Origin: Trichodelitschia bisporula
Taxonomy: Eukaryota
Length of the DNA: 64,000 bases
Assembly (NCBI GenBank): GCA_010356995.1
Contig: ML996706.1
Location: 186,001-250,000 of the forward strand
Reading direction: 5' to 3'
In this document: positions 25,136 to 37,991 of the stretch, in pieces
Position numbering within the stretch: position 1 is the first letter of the stretch
How the letters are laid out: each line of letters opens with the position of its first letter
The notes under the pieces: model-generated
The model's input: only the letters and a program-made list of their open reading frames with translations
Database searches by the model: none
What the model was told of the DNA's origin: nothing
Made by a program: the position numbers and the translations under genes

Positions 25136-28100
25136 TTATATGCTGTTGCGATTTATAGCTGGGTTGGAGGGGGCGGAGCAATTTGCGCCGGCCAATGGTT
25201 CGGTGGAGTTGGGCAGGGGTGTGTTGGGTATAGAGATGTGGGTTTGGTTGTGGGGTTTCCGGAAGATGGTGGTGGATTTGCTGTCGGCATGTTTTTGGGA
25301 GGTGTGGGTTGTCGGACGACTATGACGACATGCGGTTGGGGTTTGATTAAGGGAAACGAGATGCCCTTTTAAAGAGGATGAGTCCTTGAGGATACGGACA
25401 TTCGTTTGAGTCGAGCCGTGGCTGAGGCTCGTGGCTCGTAGTCTAGAGATGGTTAGACTTGCTGGCTGTGATGTGCTGGCGAATTCGAAGGAGATGTCGT
25501 CTTTCTCACCTCCCGTTTGCGATATATTCATGGCCAAGACCAGTGACGTCCTCCCGACTCTCGAGCACCTGCATGAGCGCCAAACTATATCCAGTAACCC
25601 GCAAGAAACCCTAAGCGTTGGCCGGTCAACAACTGAGAAAGGGATAAAAGGCATTGCTTGCGGACGCTTCCAGCACGAGGCTGCTCATCGGTCACGATAC
25701 GTGCCCAAAACCTCGAAACAAGCGGCGATCAGATCGTAGACACGAAACGATGAGATCCGCCCCTAAAATCCCCGAACAATGCAACCAGTGTTCCAAAGCA
25801 TTCGAATTGTTTATGCTGCTGCCCAATTAAGTCGTCCCACGGCTCCGTTATTGTTCACCAGCCCTACATTCAATCCGCGACGCGGAGCCCTCGCGTATAC
25901 CGCTGGCCGACCATAGTTCCTAACCCGCAACCTGTCGTGGAGTTTGGCTTGCTGCATCGGGGCCTGGACGGGGAAATGGAACTCGCGGGTCGCGTTGTAT
26001 CACGATTCCCGATGATGAGAGAGCCTCGAAGCACAGCATTGGCGAGGTCGTACGACGACGACGACGACGTTGAGAATCCCGATTGGGACAAGAACCGATG
26101 CAGCAGAAACCCGTCGAATGCTACTGCTCCTTGCCGATCCAATGCATTGGCTGGAGCTCACAGCTCAGAGCTCGAGGAAAGAGCGCCGTCTGTGCATGCT
26201 GTACATGCTCGAAGCATGTCCGCAACCTCGGCTGCAATCCTTTCGCTGACCTCGCAGCGGGCACTGGATACGATTGTGTGCGACTGGTCCAGGGTAATGC
26301 TGCCCTCGCAGCAGGAACCCACTCGCCAAACGAGCCCTGAAGTGGTAGTTTCTGCGTGCTGCAGTACCACAGCAAGTAAGAAGGTTCAATGTTCATAGCC
26401 CCATTCGTTCGGAGCCTTCCATCCCCGCGGACCAAACCGCAAAGATACGCACAGTAAGCATCCCGTCCTAGCAACACTATCAGTGCTCAGTGTTAACACC
26501 GCTGCGTCTGGCCGGGTACCGGTTCACGGTATGCATGGCGATGCTCGGCGCCTCGACCCGGAGGCAGACTAGGGCGCCAAAGGGTCCGTGTGGCTGACAT
26601 TTGGGAGGCGTGCGTGGGAAGGCTGGGCCGGAGAAAAGGCTCCTCTGCACCTTACTCGCTGGGCCAGTCAACATGGAGGTTTTTCCGCGTACTTGGATAG
26701 TAATTGCGACATTGCCCAAGTCACAACCGCCAATTGCCGATGGAAGCCAGTGGGATCTCCACGATCAAGAGCCGAGAAAGTTGCAGGAAGGGATACCCCT
26801 CTGGAAGGGGTCGCGCTACGCAGAGCAAATATAGACGGCCCTCGTAAGATCTTCGCCTTCTTTGAGGATATGGACAAGGGTGATGGGGGGGGGGAGCTCA
26901 GAGCCCCATACAGGGCTATCCCACAGCATAGCTCCGAGATGGTTGGCAGCATTTCAGCCAAAGACGGCTGGCTTTTTTCGTAGAGTGGGATACGGCGCAG
27001 TGGGACAATGGTCCTTTGGTCCCTACAGAGTACTACGGATGTCCCGTTCCGGCCTTTTCTCGGGTGGTGTACGGAGTAGTGAGAGTGGGAGTTCAAGTCC
27101 GGTTCGCGGCTCAAATCCGAGATGATGACGGGCAAGAGGCAAGTGGTAGATCAGTGAGCGAAGTGACTTCAGTCAGCATGCGGCAAGCAATTTGCATGGT
27201 CCAGGGTAGCAGACGTTTCGCAATCGCTATGCGATGCCCAGGAATGAGTGTATTGGCCTTGTTTTGGTTCAAGGAAGGGGAGGAGGTGGAAGGGTAGTCC
27301 TCGGGACAAGCTCCAGGGTGGTGGTATGGGATGTACATCCGTATGAATGGTGGGATGGCGGAGGTGCAGTTGAGGCAAGGCAAGACACGCAGGAAGGCAA
27401 GTGGAGAACTCGGAGACTTTTTTGCTTGTCATCCGCAGGCGCGCGCACGCACATAAGGCACATACGCAAGCGCACATGCACAAACGCAAGGGCGAGAAAG
27501 CGCCAAAGAAAATGAAGAAATGGGCTGAAGAGGAAAATAAGCCACGAGAAGCGGGTGATGGCGGCGAAGCTCGGCAGCGGGAAAATCTCAGATTCGCGGG
27601 AGCACTTGCGACTTGCAGTTGGACTAGCTCCGAAGCCTCCGAAATGGTGGCATCGAAAGCTCGCGACGCTGATTCGGCAGATGGGACGCGCCCGCGAACC
27701 GCCAGGCGGCTTCGACCCAGCCATGTACGGAGATAGGTCATTCACTTGTCGATGGACTCTTTGGTGGAAGGTTGTGGAGAGGAAGGGCAGAAAAGAGGCG
27801 CGCGGGACAGGCCGAATAGTGGACCGCTCACCCACTTGCCGGGCCGAAACCCGAACAGCAGAAATTGTGTTTGTGGTGCTTACTTTGACTTTTTCCAAAG
27901 GGCAGAAGAGGAACAGTGAGTATGTACTGTACACGCATCCCGTTACGGTCAACTGGTAGGCATGTGTCATAGGAACAAATTTGCAAAGCGAGCACGGAGG
28001 CGAATCTACGGGCCACGGCACAGGCACAGACGCCCTCGGCGCACAGCAAGGCGCAAGAAACACTAGAAAACTATCTCAATGAGGGAAGTCGAGGGGTGGG

Positions 28101-29611
28101 AGGGACAGATTCGGAAACGTCGATGCGACTCGGCGTGAAACAGCAACTGGCGAGGGGTGCAGCGTGGAGGATGGCTGGAGGCTGGGAGAGGCGAGGGGCT
28201 TGTATGAGGGGGAGAAAAAAGGCAAGGAAGCGCGAGTGGAAGAAGCTGAAGAGAAGGACCAAGGGGCCAATAAACTAAGCAGAAGAGGGGGTGACGAAAC
28301 ATCAGCCAGCGGATAAGGTGTGACACTGACTGTCCCGCTGTACAGAATCACTCATCGGGTCGGACATCTTCTTGCGCAAGAGAGACAAAAAGAAGGCGGG
28401 CGATAAAGAGTGGTCGAATGCAACGACACCTCTCAGCTCTTCGCAGCGACCACTCTTCTCTCGTCCCCCAGACAGCTGTCACGCTCATTAATTGGTAGCT
28501 CACCTTACTGACAGCAGCATCACCTCAGCCCACACACACGCTGGCATGCAACAAAGCACTCAAGCAAATCCAGAGAAAAGGCACCCAAGCACCACTCAAG
28601 CATCACCCAAGCATACGAGTGCCGAGTGGAGCCTGCAGAAAATAACTGCTAGGCTTCCCTTGGGGGCGGCATGTGTTGTAGCAGATGTATCAGTAACGTG
28701 CGCTAGCGCCCTGGGGGACGCGGATCGAGGATACGAGATGCTGAGGTTGGACCGCTGCTGGACTCGGCCTGAGAGGTTAGTCTGCGGGGCACAAGGGCAC
28801 GCCACCAGAAATGGGCATTTAGGCTCGAGTTCTTTGAACTGGGGAAGGGGGAGGGGGGGGAAAAAGGAGCAGATGGGCAGATATATCTTAAGCAATGGGA
28901 ACGACTGCCAAGTGTGTGGGTGCATGGAGAACTGGAGATATGGACATGTGTTATCGACATGTGTTATCGACATGGTGGGCAGAAGCGCGGAGGGGATAGG
29001 ACTCGAAAGCGGAGAAGCTTTTGGTGAAGCGGGCATCAAAAGAGCGGGACCGCTGAACGGGAAGTGGAGAGGATGAAGGAGGGGAAGGCGGGAAGACCGG
29101 TAGAGTAGCGTGAGGTTATTTACTCTTCTAGCTGTTACTAGTGTAGTGGTGAGAAGTGGAGAAGTGGAGACTTTGCTCAAGAGAGGTCCTTCCCAAGTGA
29201 GACGACAAGGAATCGGGGGTGAGGCGAGTAAGAAGGGCAATAATAGTCAGACACGGCTGTAATTGTATACAAGAAGATGTAGAGCGAGAGTGAGAAAGGT
29301 ACAGTAGGATTAAGAGAGCCTGGTCAATCTACTCGGAGGAAGCAGAGCGAGGATGATGATGATGATGATGAGTGATATGGGGGAGGGGGGGCTTGCTTTG
29401 CGTGCTGCTCTAATGTTGGTGCAGGGCCTCACCCGGGGAGATCAGTGCAGCATTCAACCTTGCAACTTGGGAAGTAGACCTGAAACGGATTTAGTGGAGG
29501 CGTTTTTGATGCTGTTTCTACGTAATATCCTATCAAGGAATCGACAATTGACAAGACGGAAGAGAGCGAGGAAAAGATGAAGGCACAGAGTCGAATCGGA
29601 CGAGAGAGAAA

Positions 29612-29664
29612 GAGATGAGCAGACGAGCAGATGAGCAGATGAGGTGATGAGGAGACGAGAAGAT
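29612..29664 (-). repeat. 8-bp unit array CTGCTCAT/CTCCTCAT, about 6 degenerate copies
   Basis: AGATGAGC-like units on the + strand. Confidence 0.75.
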
Positions 29665-30538
29665 GGTGCCTTGTCGGGAAGCGAGTTCCTTGATACACTC
29701 CGCTCTGGGATATCAATCCGCCTTTCTCTTTCTCTCGATGACTTGTGCTCCCATGCTGTAGAGTGAGCGCATGTGTACGACGTGAAGGCCTGCAAGTAAC
29801 CTACCGCAGTTCTATCGAATCTCTAAGCATCCAACCGATGGTCTTTCTTCAAGCCCGCTCCAACCTCCGTTCAGTTATCGTGCCTCCATCAGCATGTCAT
29901 CTTGCCTACGTACCTCACTGTAGTAATATCCCGTGGGCCCACCAAATGTCCCTAAGACATGCTTCCGCTCAGGAACTCGGGACCAGAAGCAAGAAAGAAT
30001 GCGCCACAGGCAAATCGTGAATTCGGGATCAACAGATCGAGCAACGGTCTGGTAAAAGTCTCCTTCGACGATCAAGCCTGCCGCCTATCTGCCAGTCCCG
30101 TTCCATTATTCGGCCCTTTTTCGTCATTTTGGCGTCCTGACGTCTTTGCCGATGAACCTCACACATCCACTTCAGTACATAACGATAAAAAGACAGTTCA
30201 AAAGTCAAAACCTGACCCTTTTACTGATCACACAGTCTCTCTCTCCTCCAACTCGCTCCGCACCCGACACACAACTTTCTCCATGGCGCAAGGTTACCAG
30301 GGATAACCACCACCCGCTCCGCACCATCACGACCTCCCCCTCCCAACCCCCCACCCCCTCCCTCTTCCTCACCCCATGCTTCACCTTCGGCCTTCCACCA
30401 CCAGGTTCACGACCCTACACTCTCTTCGCTGTACTTGACCTGTCCTACTGTCCCTACAGCGTATCCCACACGCCCCCCTCCCACTCCTCTTCACCCTACC
30501 ATCCCTATACCCCAATAATAAGACTACTCTATACCAGG

Positions 30539-30549
30539 CCCCCCCCCCA

Positions 30550-30596
<47 letters not shown>
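30539..30596. repeat. Poly-C tract (C10-AAA-C45)
   Basis: Directly visible homopolymer. Confidence 0.95.
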
Positions 30597-30597
<1 letters not shown>

Positions 30598-31169
30598 CAC
30601 TCTCATACAACCCCCCTCCCCCCCTTCCCAGCCCAAAGGAACCCTCAATTCCACTTCTCTAACCTCTCTCCGCCCTGTCATTTTCTTGAGACTCCCACCT
30701 CCGCTCCTCTCTACCTCCTCCGTCCCTCCGCGACCTTCACCCAATCCGTCTCCAATCGTTCCGTTACACATCTTCTCTGTCGTTAACGACTTCTGAGAGG
30801 AGCGCAAAAAAAAAGAAAACCCGAAAAGAGCCGTCGTCACCTCTCCACAACCTTGAAGATCCCAACCCAGACGCGCCCATCGCTACCCGCCAAACCTCAG
30901 CCATCGCGCACCAGCCCCGCGCATCACCAACTGTTAACGGCTGCAGACGTTCGTTTATCCTCCCCACAACCTTTGCGTGGTTGCATTCCGAGCGCCATCT
31001 TCTGCTATTTGCAGTCGCAATCGTCTCGAGCTGAGCTCGTCCCGACGTCGCCGAATCCGCGTATGCAGCTTGCGACACGAACCGCAACGTGCTGCACCCG
31101 CTTGCGAAGCATCACATTAATCCCACGCCATATGGTCTTCAAACCTCTCCACCTTCATCACTTTGTGCA

Positions 31170-33019
31170 ATGACTTCGGCTTTTAGCAAGCGGCTAACTA
31201 ATGGGGATGTTGTCTATATCCAAGGCGGGGCGGGCCATGCCTTACCAAGTCAACACCACCCGAGGGACGATATTCCCAAGGACGTCCTGCAGGCATTTTC
31301 TCTGCTGCGTGGCCACAGCTACAAAGATATCGTTCACTGGTTGAAAATTGACCGCCAGGATGGTAAGGCTTGGACTCATGTTTTCTGGTTGACGTCTCGT
31401 CTGACGATGTAACAGAGGTTGGCCTCGCTGGTATCCAAAAGCGGATGCAACCTTCCACTCCCGACCAACGCTCATCCTTCGCCTCGTCACGCTTCTCAGA
31501 GACGCCGAGCGTCTTCTCGCAGAACCGGATGTCCACAGCGTCGACTTCAACCAATTACTCCGACCTTCAGCCTATGAGCCAAATGCCGCACATCTCGATG
31601 ATGGGTGGTCACTTTTCAGCCAGTCAGCACGCCTTTTCTAACGGCCTCTCGTCTGTTCCTCGGAGACCGCAAGTCACGAACATGCCGTCGTCGCCAAGGA
31701 CGTCTAGGACGCTATCCACGGGTCTGCGCCCGCAGGCACGTCAAGCGGATAGCGAAGTGGACAAGAAGAAAAAGTACTTTTGCACGTCATGCAACAAGGG
31801 ATTCGCGCGCAAATATGACTGGAAAGTCCACGAGCAGCGCTACCACGAGCAGCAAACTCAATTCCATTGCCCGGACTGCAATCAAGTGCTCTTCGCAGAA
31901 ACTCTCTTCAAATCGCACCACCGTGACGCGCATTCCTGTCAGGACTGCAGCCAGCACGCGAAGGAGTACTCCAAGGATGTGGCTCCGGAGCGCCGCCGTA
32001 CGGCATGGGGATGTGGCTTCTGCGCCGAGTTGCTGGACGACTGGGAAAAGCGGTGTGATCACATTGCATCGCATTACGACAATGGCGAGAAAAAGCATGA
32101 GTGGGACCATACCAAAGTCATCATCGGGCTCTTGCGCCAGCCTGATGTTGACGCTGCCTGGCAGACTCTTCTGCTCGAGAAGAACAATGGGAGCCAATTC
32201 CCCAAACAACTTGGATTGCGCTTCAGCAAGGAATCTACTGGACGCTCCCATGGCGACAAATCAATGCAACTCCAGGATATGCTTGAATTCGGCGCCTGTC
32301 CCAGGGACACACGGAAAATCGCAGAGCTCACGTACAGCCTCGGTATCCGCAAGATCCCTACTGCCTCGTCGTCCATCCCGGAGGGAATCATTGAAGAGGA
32401 GACTGGCTCAGAGGCACCGTCACAGTCACATTCTCATTCGCAGTCCCGCTCCCAGCCGCCTCCACAGTACGTTAATGAGGCCGTTGACTCCGCCGACGTC
32501 GTTATGGGGTCCCCCACTGCAACCGGCCCCGGAGCGGACGATATCCCGCCGCCCCTCCCGAACGGCAACTCCATGGCTCTGCCCCACACTATGCCGCCCG
32601 CCATGTACGACATAGTCCCCAGCATGGCCTACGGGGGTGACAATATCACGCAAGCCTTAGACGGCCACATCCATGGTGGTATGAATGGTGGGGTTAACGG
32701 AGCTATCAACGGGAGCATGAATGGGATCAATTCCACCCACTTGCAATGGGACAACTTCTACACATCCATGGAGGATGTCCAGAAACACCCTGTTGAAGAT
32801 ATCCTTCACTCTTACGGACAACCGGCCTTCATGATGCACCATCAACCCAGCATTCTTGCAATGCCACATATGGACAAGGAGCTCCCTCCCATCCCGCCGG
32901 CCGAACTGGAGGCCCAAATGAACGGGAATGATGGCCCACGGGACAGCTTCGACCAGTGGACGATGGGAAGCACAGTCGCGGATGACGGTCCGTATCAAGA
33001 ACAGCACCATCCATATTGA
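31170..33019 (+). CDS. C2H2 zinc-finger protein (probable transcription factor)
   Basis: YFCTSCNKGFARKYDWKVHEQRYH, FHCPDC...HHRDAH and WGCGFC...CDHIASH. Intron 31363-31415 joins the upstream exon in frame. Confidence 0.88.
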
Positions 33020-36000
33020 AAGTCTTGGTGTTTCACGACCACGGCTACGGCGCTTAAATCGATGAAGGGGCGAAACAAGGTGGCTGTGCAACAATGCCCA
33101 CACTTCACCTTCTGATCCCGCCCCTCGACCGACTTTCGTCATCATTCCAACGTAGAACCGATGCCATCTACGTCATGCGCTGGCAAATACTACTTGCCTC
33201 GTCGTTGGAATTCTGCACTCGAGTCGGACCTTTTTTATTTTTCTTTGCAGGTTACAAACAGGATACAAAAGAGAGGTCCTTTTGTCACGTGGCATTGCGG
33301 GTTACAATACACACTCACGAATGGCACGGCTGTTGGCAAAGCCGCGGATGGACAGTCCCGCGGAACTTGGGAGGTGGGCGGGTGGTTTTGGAAATGGGAG
33401 GAACAAACGGCTGGCATTTTGGGCATTCTGCGTTTTGCTGTTCTGATCTTCCCCTCATCTTCTCGTCATTTGGTTACCGGTGTCCAGTTGTACATGATAC
33501 CCCTCCCCATTTACAGGTTCTAATGGTTGCTTTCCCGTCACTCATTACACTCATTCCCTTTGGCCTTTGTGCACCGAGTTTGGGCGTTTCTTCCTCCCTC
33601 TGTTTCTTGTCTTTGGGCCTAATTCAGACGGTTGAAACGGCTGGATGTAAAAGGTCCAGCCATGCAGAAATGCCAGGCGACATGGGTCAAGCAGGCACCA
33701 TCACACATCATACTTTTTCTTGGGCGGCTATCATTCCATTGCGCTTCCTACTTGCGATTGTTTACAGCTTGGGGCAGGGCCACAAGCATCCGTTTTGGTG
33801 CACACAGTCGAAAAGCTCAACGTACCGGGCGATGTTCGAAACCGCACGACCGCCAGCGAGCACGGAAAGCGAGTACTCGAAAAAGGCGGACAGGGAAACA
33901 CAGGCTGTTCCTTCCCCTTCTTTGTGCCCGCGGCTCCGCTTCTGGCCTCGGTGTACTCGAACGCCCGCCGCGCTTCGCTTTTCTCTTTGCGCAAACCGAG
34001 TTTTGTTTTTTAAGAAGCCCCGGCGTTGGGGGCCGCGAAGGCGGGGTCCACCTGATGACTGCCAGCGAGGCTGGCGTGACGAACGGACCTGTACCCGGAG
34101 GCGGGGAGCACTCCATGGTGGGGTGATGCGGGGCATGGGCACCCGCTGGCGATATACGCGCGGTATATAGCTTGTAAAACAGATATCTACATCCGCGTCG
34201 ATGCCAGTGCTTGTGCGTCTACCGCGGGGAGGAAACGGAGAACGGGCCTCGAGCCCGCATGCCGTCATCGCGGGCCTGGGAGCCCGGTTCACACTGTGAG
34301 GTATATATAACGCCCGGCGCGCAACAGGCGAACGGGCAGGTTGAAGCGCGTTCTTTGCACGCACGGATGCGGCCTCAACCGAAGCCAACCGCCAACCGCA
34401 CGCCGCACACACCTATCCCGCAAACGGCGCCAGCTAGCCAACGTTGGCGATCGACAGATCGGCACGTACGCGATCCAGTGCGCGTCGCGGGGCGGCGGCC
34501 TCCCTGGCCCACCTTCAGCTCGCTGATGCGCTCCAGACTGGCTGCGCCTTTGACGACTGGATGTGGCGCGCCGCGGAACATCCCATTGCCCCGCGGACAA
34601 GGGAATTGAGCCTGCGGGCGTCTGCACTACTGTCGCCCGCGGTACGGTACCTTCCGGAGGATGTATCATGCGGTACTTAGGGATGGGCCCGCGGAGCGAA
34701 GGCCAGCGCATGGTGGCAGGTACAGCGCACATGTACGGTACAGCGCGCACGGAGCACGGGCCTAGCTACCCCGCAATTGGGGCACGCACGCACCCGAAAC
34801 ATCGAAGCCGAATACAACGGGCCGACGAAATACCTCCGCACGTGAGATCTCTGGCGGGCAACACAGCTCCAGCAAACTCCGGCGGGGATCCGCGGCATGC
34901 ACTGAACTGCTCGAAGGAAAGCTTTGCATATGAAGAAACAGCCTGCTCCCTACTTGCTGGCCCCTCGCGGGGCTCGCAGCGCGCTGCAAATGCACGCTGT
35001 GACGCGGGACACATGCAAGCCCAGCCGCGCCTGCCGGCCACTGCCTTGGCCCGGCGGGTCGGGCCCGGTCAGACCTGCCGCGCGCGGGGTGTATATTTTT
35101 GGCGCGGGGCGCGGTATCGCGGCTCGTGTTGAACGTTACTGGAGCGCGGGCGGGGGAGGGGTGGGGTGGGGTGGAGGAGCTCGGGAAGTTCGGGGCCGGA
35201 TATGGGTGCAGATGTGGCGATCTGGATGGGAGCGATGATGATGGGGGGGCGTTTTTACGGGGATTATTGGCGAGATATGCAGGTGGTGGGCGTGGGGGTT
35301 TGCGGCTGGCGCGAGGCTCGAGGGTTGTTTTGCGGTTGAAGGGATCAGTAATCGATTGGAGTTGTTGCCGTACCCGGAAGGGGATGTTTGTCTTCTGCCC
35401 ATGGGGTTTTACGTGTAGCGTTAGCTGATCCTACCTAACCCGCGAGGCTTTAGTTCTCTAGTTTAGCGGCATCTGTAAAATTCTAGACCGTGAGTGGGGG
35501 GCGCTAGTGCTACGTGGTGACTTGCCTACCGGGCGGGGTACTGTTGAGGCGTCATCTGCGCGATTTGAGGGTCGTCATCGATCCGTTCGGAATCAGGAGC
35601 TGTGCCTTCCTATTCGCATCTGTTCTCTGAGATCAACGGCTTCAAGCATCCGTAGAACCTCCAGTAATTTCCTTACTGGCCATTGGTAATCTAACACCTC
35701 CAACAGGTTCAGCAATTGCCCCGTAAAAGGGCCGACTTCTCCGCTTCACAGCTGGAGCCGGATGCTGCTGCCAATCAAGCATGCATCTAGAGCAGCTCAA
35801 GCTCAACATAATCAAGACCGGCAAAGGAACGCAGGCACCCACGTCACTGGAACCTCAGCCTGCATTTCAGCTGAGCTAGCGTGTCGTCAGGCTGCATGAA
35901 GCTCCCGCACCGGCACCCTGCCTTCCGTTGAGCCTAGCCGAAGGGAAGGAAGAGCCTTTCACGTGCATATGGGCTGAATGTCCGCGTCTGTGTCGATTCG

Positions 36001-36858
36001 AATTACTATCGAATGACACCTGAGAAGAGCCTCCGAGTCTCGTTCCGCTTTCCCGACAGCTTTGTACACCCCATTTTGCAGGGAGGATATCCGGCTGCTA
36101 GGATGCGGCTGAGGAACTGAATTAGCCGCAGATGTAGGCATAGCAGTTCATGTACTACGTAAGTGCCGTAACGTCTCTAGTCTTTGTCGTGCACGTACGC
36201 TTACGTTAGTCGCGGGCGCTCCGGGGCGCTTCTGCACTTGGCTCAGCCCTAGAGAAATGGTGATTCGCTGGCACGCGACGTTGCCGAATGTACATTAGGG
36301 ACAAGTCAGCTGGCGCCACAGTAGAAAAACAAACCTATGAAAGGACCTTCAGGTTAGATGTGAAGCTCGATGGAACCGAAAGGGAAGGTTGCAGGTCGAT
36401 CGATGCCCTATTAACTCTTCACACCCAAGCTCGTAACATAAGCATGAAAGCCTAAGATTACATCACTTTCATTTGTCCCGGCGGGCTCACCAGGCCCCTC
36501 AAACCGTTCCGCTTGAGATCCTCGGACTTTTTCCACTCTGCAAACCCAGGCAACGGACGATTTGTTTCGCAGAATTCCACCTCTTCCAAATTGTCTGGAC
36601 GTTCGGAATGTGCTCGCATCTCCGGAGCATACCGTGCAAGAATACGCTGAACGGATTCCACGGCTATCTCGAGCTCACTGGCCATGTGCTCGGCATCGGA
36701 CGACCGGGACTCGAGAATCTCATGTTTTCGGACAGCATCCGGATATCGTAGGCTGGGAGGCAGTCGCGCGGGTAAAGAAGTTTATCAGCATCTGCACCGG
36801 CTTCCAACGGAATAAGACTCAACGTAAGTACGCCTCGGACTGACGTCAACATTGAAAA

Positions 36859-36950
36859 GCGTTGGTGGTTTAGTGGTAAAATCCGTCGTTGCCATCCGAA
36901 GTCATTCGGGATGATTCGACGGGCCCCGGGTTCGATTCCCGGCCGACGCA
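36859..36950 (+). tRNA. tRNA-Gly(GCC) with a 21-nt intron (36895-36915)
   Basis: Acceptor stem GCGTTGG/CCGACGC, A box TGGTTTAGTGG, anticodon GCC at 36891-36893 and B box GGTTCGATTCC. The mature length is 71 nt, and a T-run follows downstream. Confidence 0.96.
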
Positions 36951-37991
36951 ATATGACACTCACCATTCTTTTTGTCGCTCAGGACGCTGAAGGTGTCGTC
37001 GCTGCGTTCGATCTTTTACTTTTCAGACCGAAATTCTGCGTCCCTGGTCACTTCCTAAGGTTGGGTGCGTCCAGCAACAAGCCGAGCTTTTAAAGTCATC
37101 GGAGAAAATAGCGGCATATGGACCGGTTCTCCAATAAAAGGTGTTACTCTTTTGGTGGAAATACGTTGCAGAACGTCTGGTTAGCACCTTGGGCCGTCTC
37201 ATCGGCTTCAAGCCCCTTGCGTGCGGACGTTGTAGCCATTCCGTGTCGGTGTGAAAGAGCGGTTAGGACGACCTGTGAGCCTGCCACCATGAAGAAGCAT
37301 TTTGGACAGGGAAGAACCCTTACCGCAAGGCCTCCTAGGATGACCTGCGTAGTGGGAAGGGGGGTGCCGACATCCGAATGGACCAGGAACAGTGTAAAGA
37401 TGGTGGAGCCTGCTTGTTTCAAAGCGGATATAAGCAGCCTCCTATCAATCTGCTTTCAGATGACTTCGTGTCGGGCCGGCATATGCCACAAGATGCCACT
37501 AGGGGGTTGACATCAGCTTCAGTATGGAACTAAAGACGAGACGATGTGCAGAAGGACGCGGGCGGAGGCGAAATACTGTTTAGTGAACTTGACCTCTGGT
37601 CAGAGTGGTTGAGAATCACAACAGGATAGCAACAAGTATCAGAAGCGGCACCACCTACATCCGCAGACTAGAGTTGGTTTTACGAAGCACACTGTGGAAT
37701 GTCATGAAGGCGGAGGTGGTCGTCTCGAGATTAACGCGCGGGTCAAAATGGCGTTTGACGCGGAAATGACGCAACGACATGTGATTGATCCACACGTGAT
37801 AACATATCGCTCATGGTAACCATGCATTGTCTCTGGACTCTGAAGCGACAAGAAACAACTTTGGACTCAGTACGGCCTGTTTACAGTGCAAATGCTGCAA
37901 CTTAAACATGACGCGCATGTTTTTTCCACACTTCCAACATAGCGCACTCCATCCCGACCCCGCATCATAACGCAGGACTACAGCATTCATC

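Noticed and set aside
24800..25620. Telomerase RNA or TPP riboswitch identity for the structured region (CCTAACCC, AACCCTAA, CTGAGA)
   Set aside because: There is no full TAACCCTAA template or recognisable P6.1, and the 3' half of a TPP aptamer is absent.
34052..34090. CTGATGA followed by a hairpin (GCCAGC-GAG-GCTGGC), resembling a hammerhead ribozyme core
   Set aside because: There is no GAAA directly after stem II and no supporting stems I and III.
33094..34170. 358-aa ORF just after the C2H2 gene
   Set aside because: Random-looking composition, no motifs, and not in frame with the upstream stop. It is probably 3' UTR or intergenic sequence.
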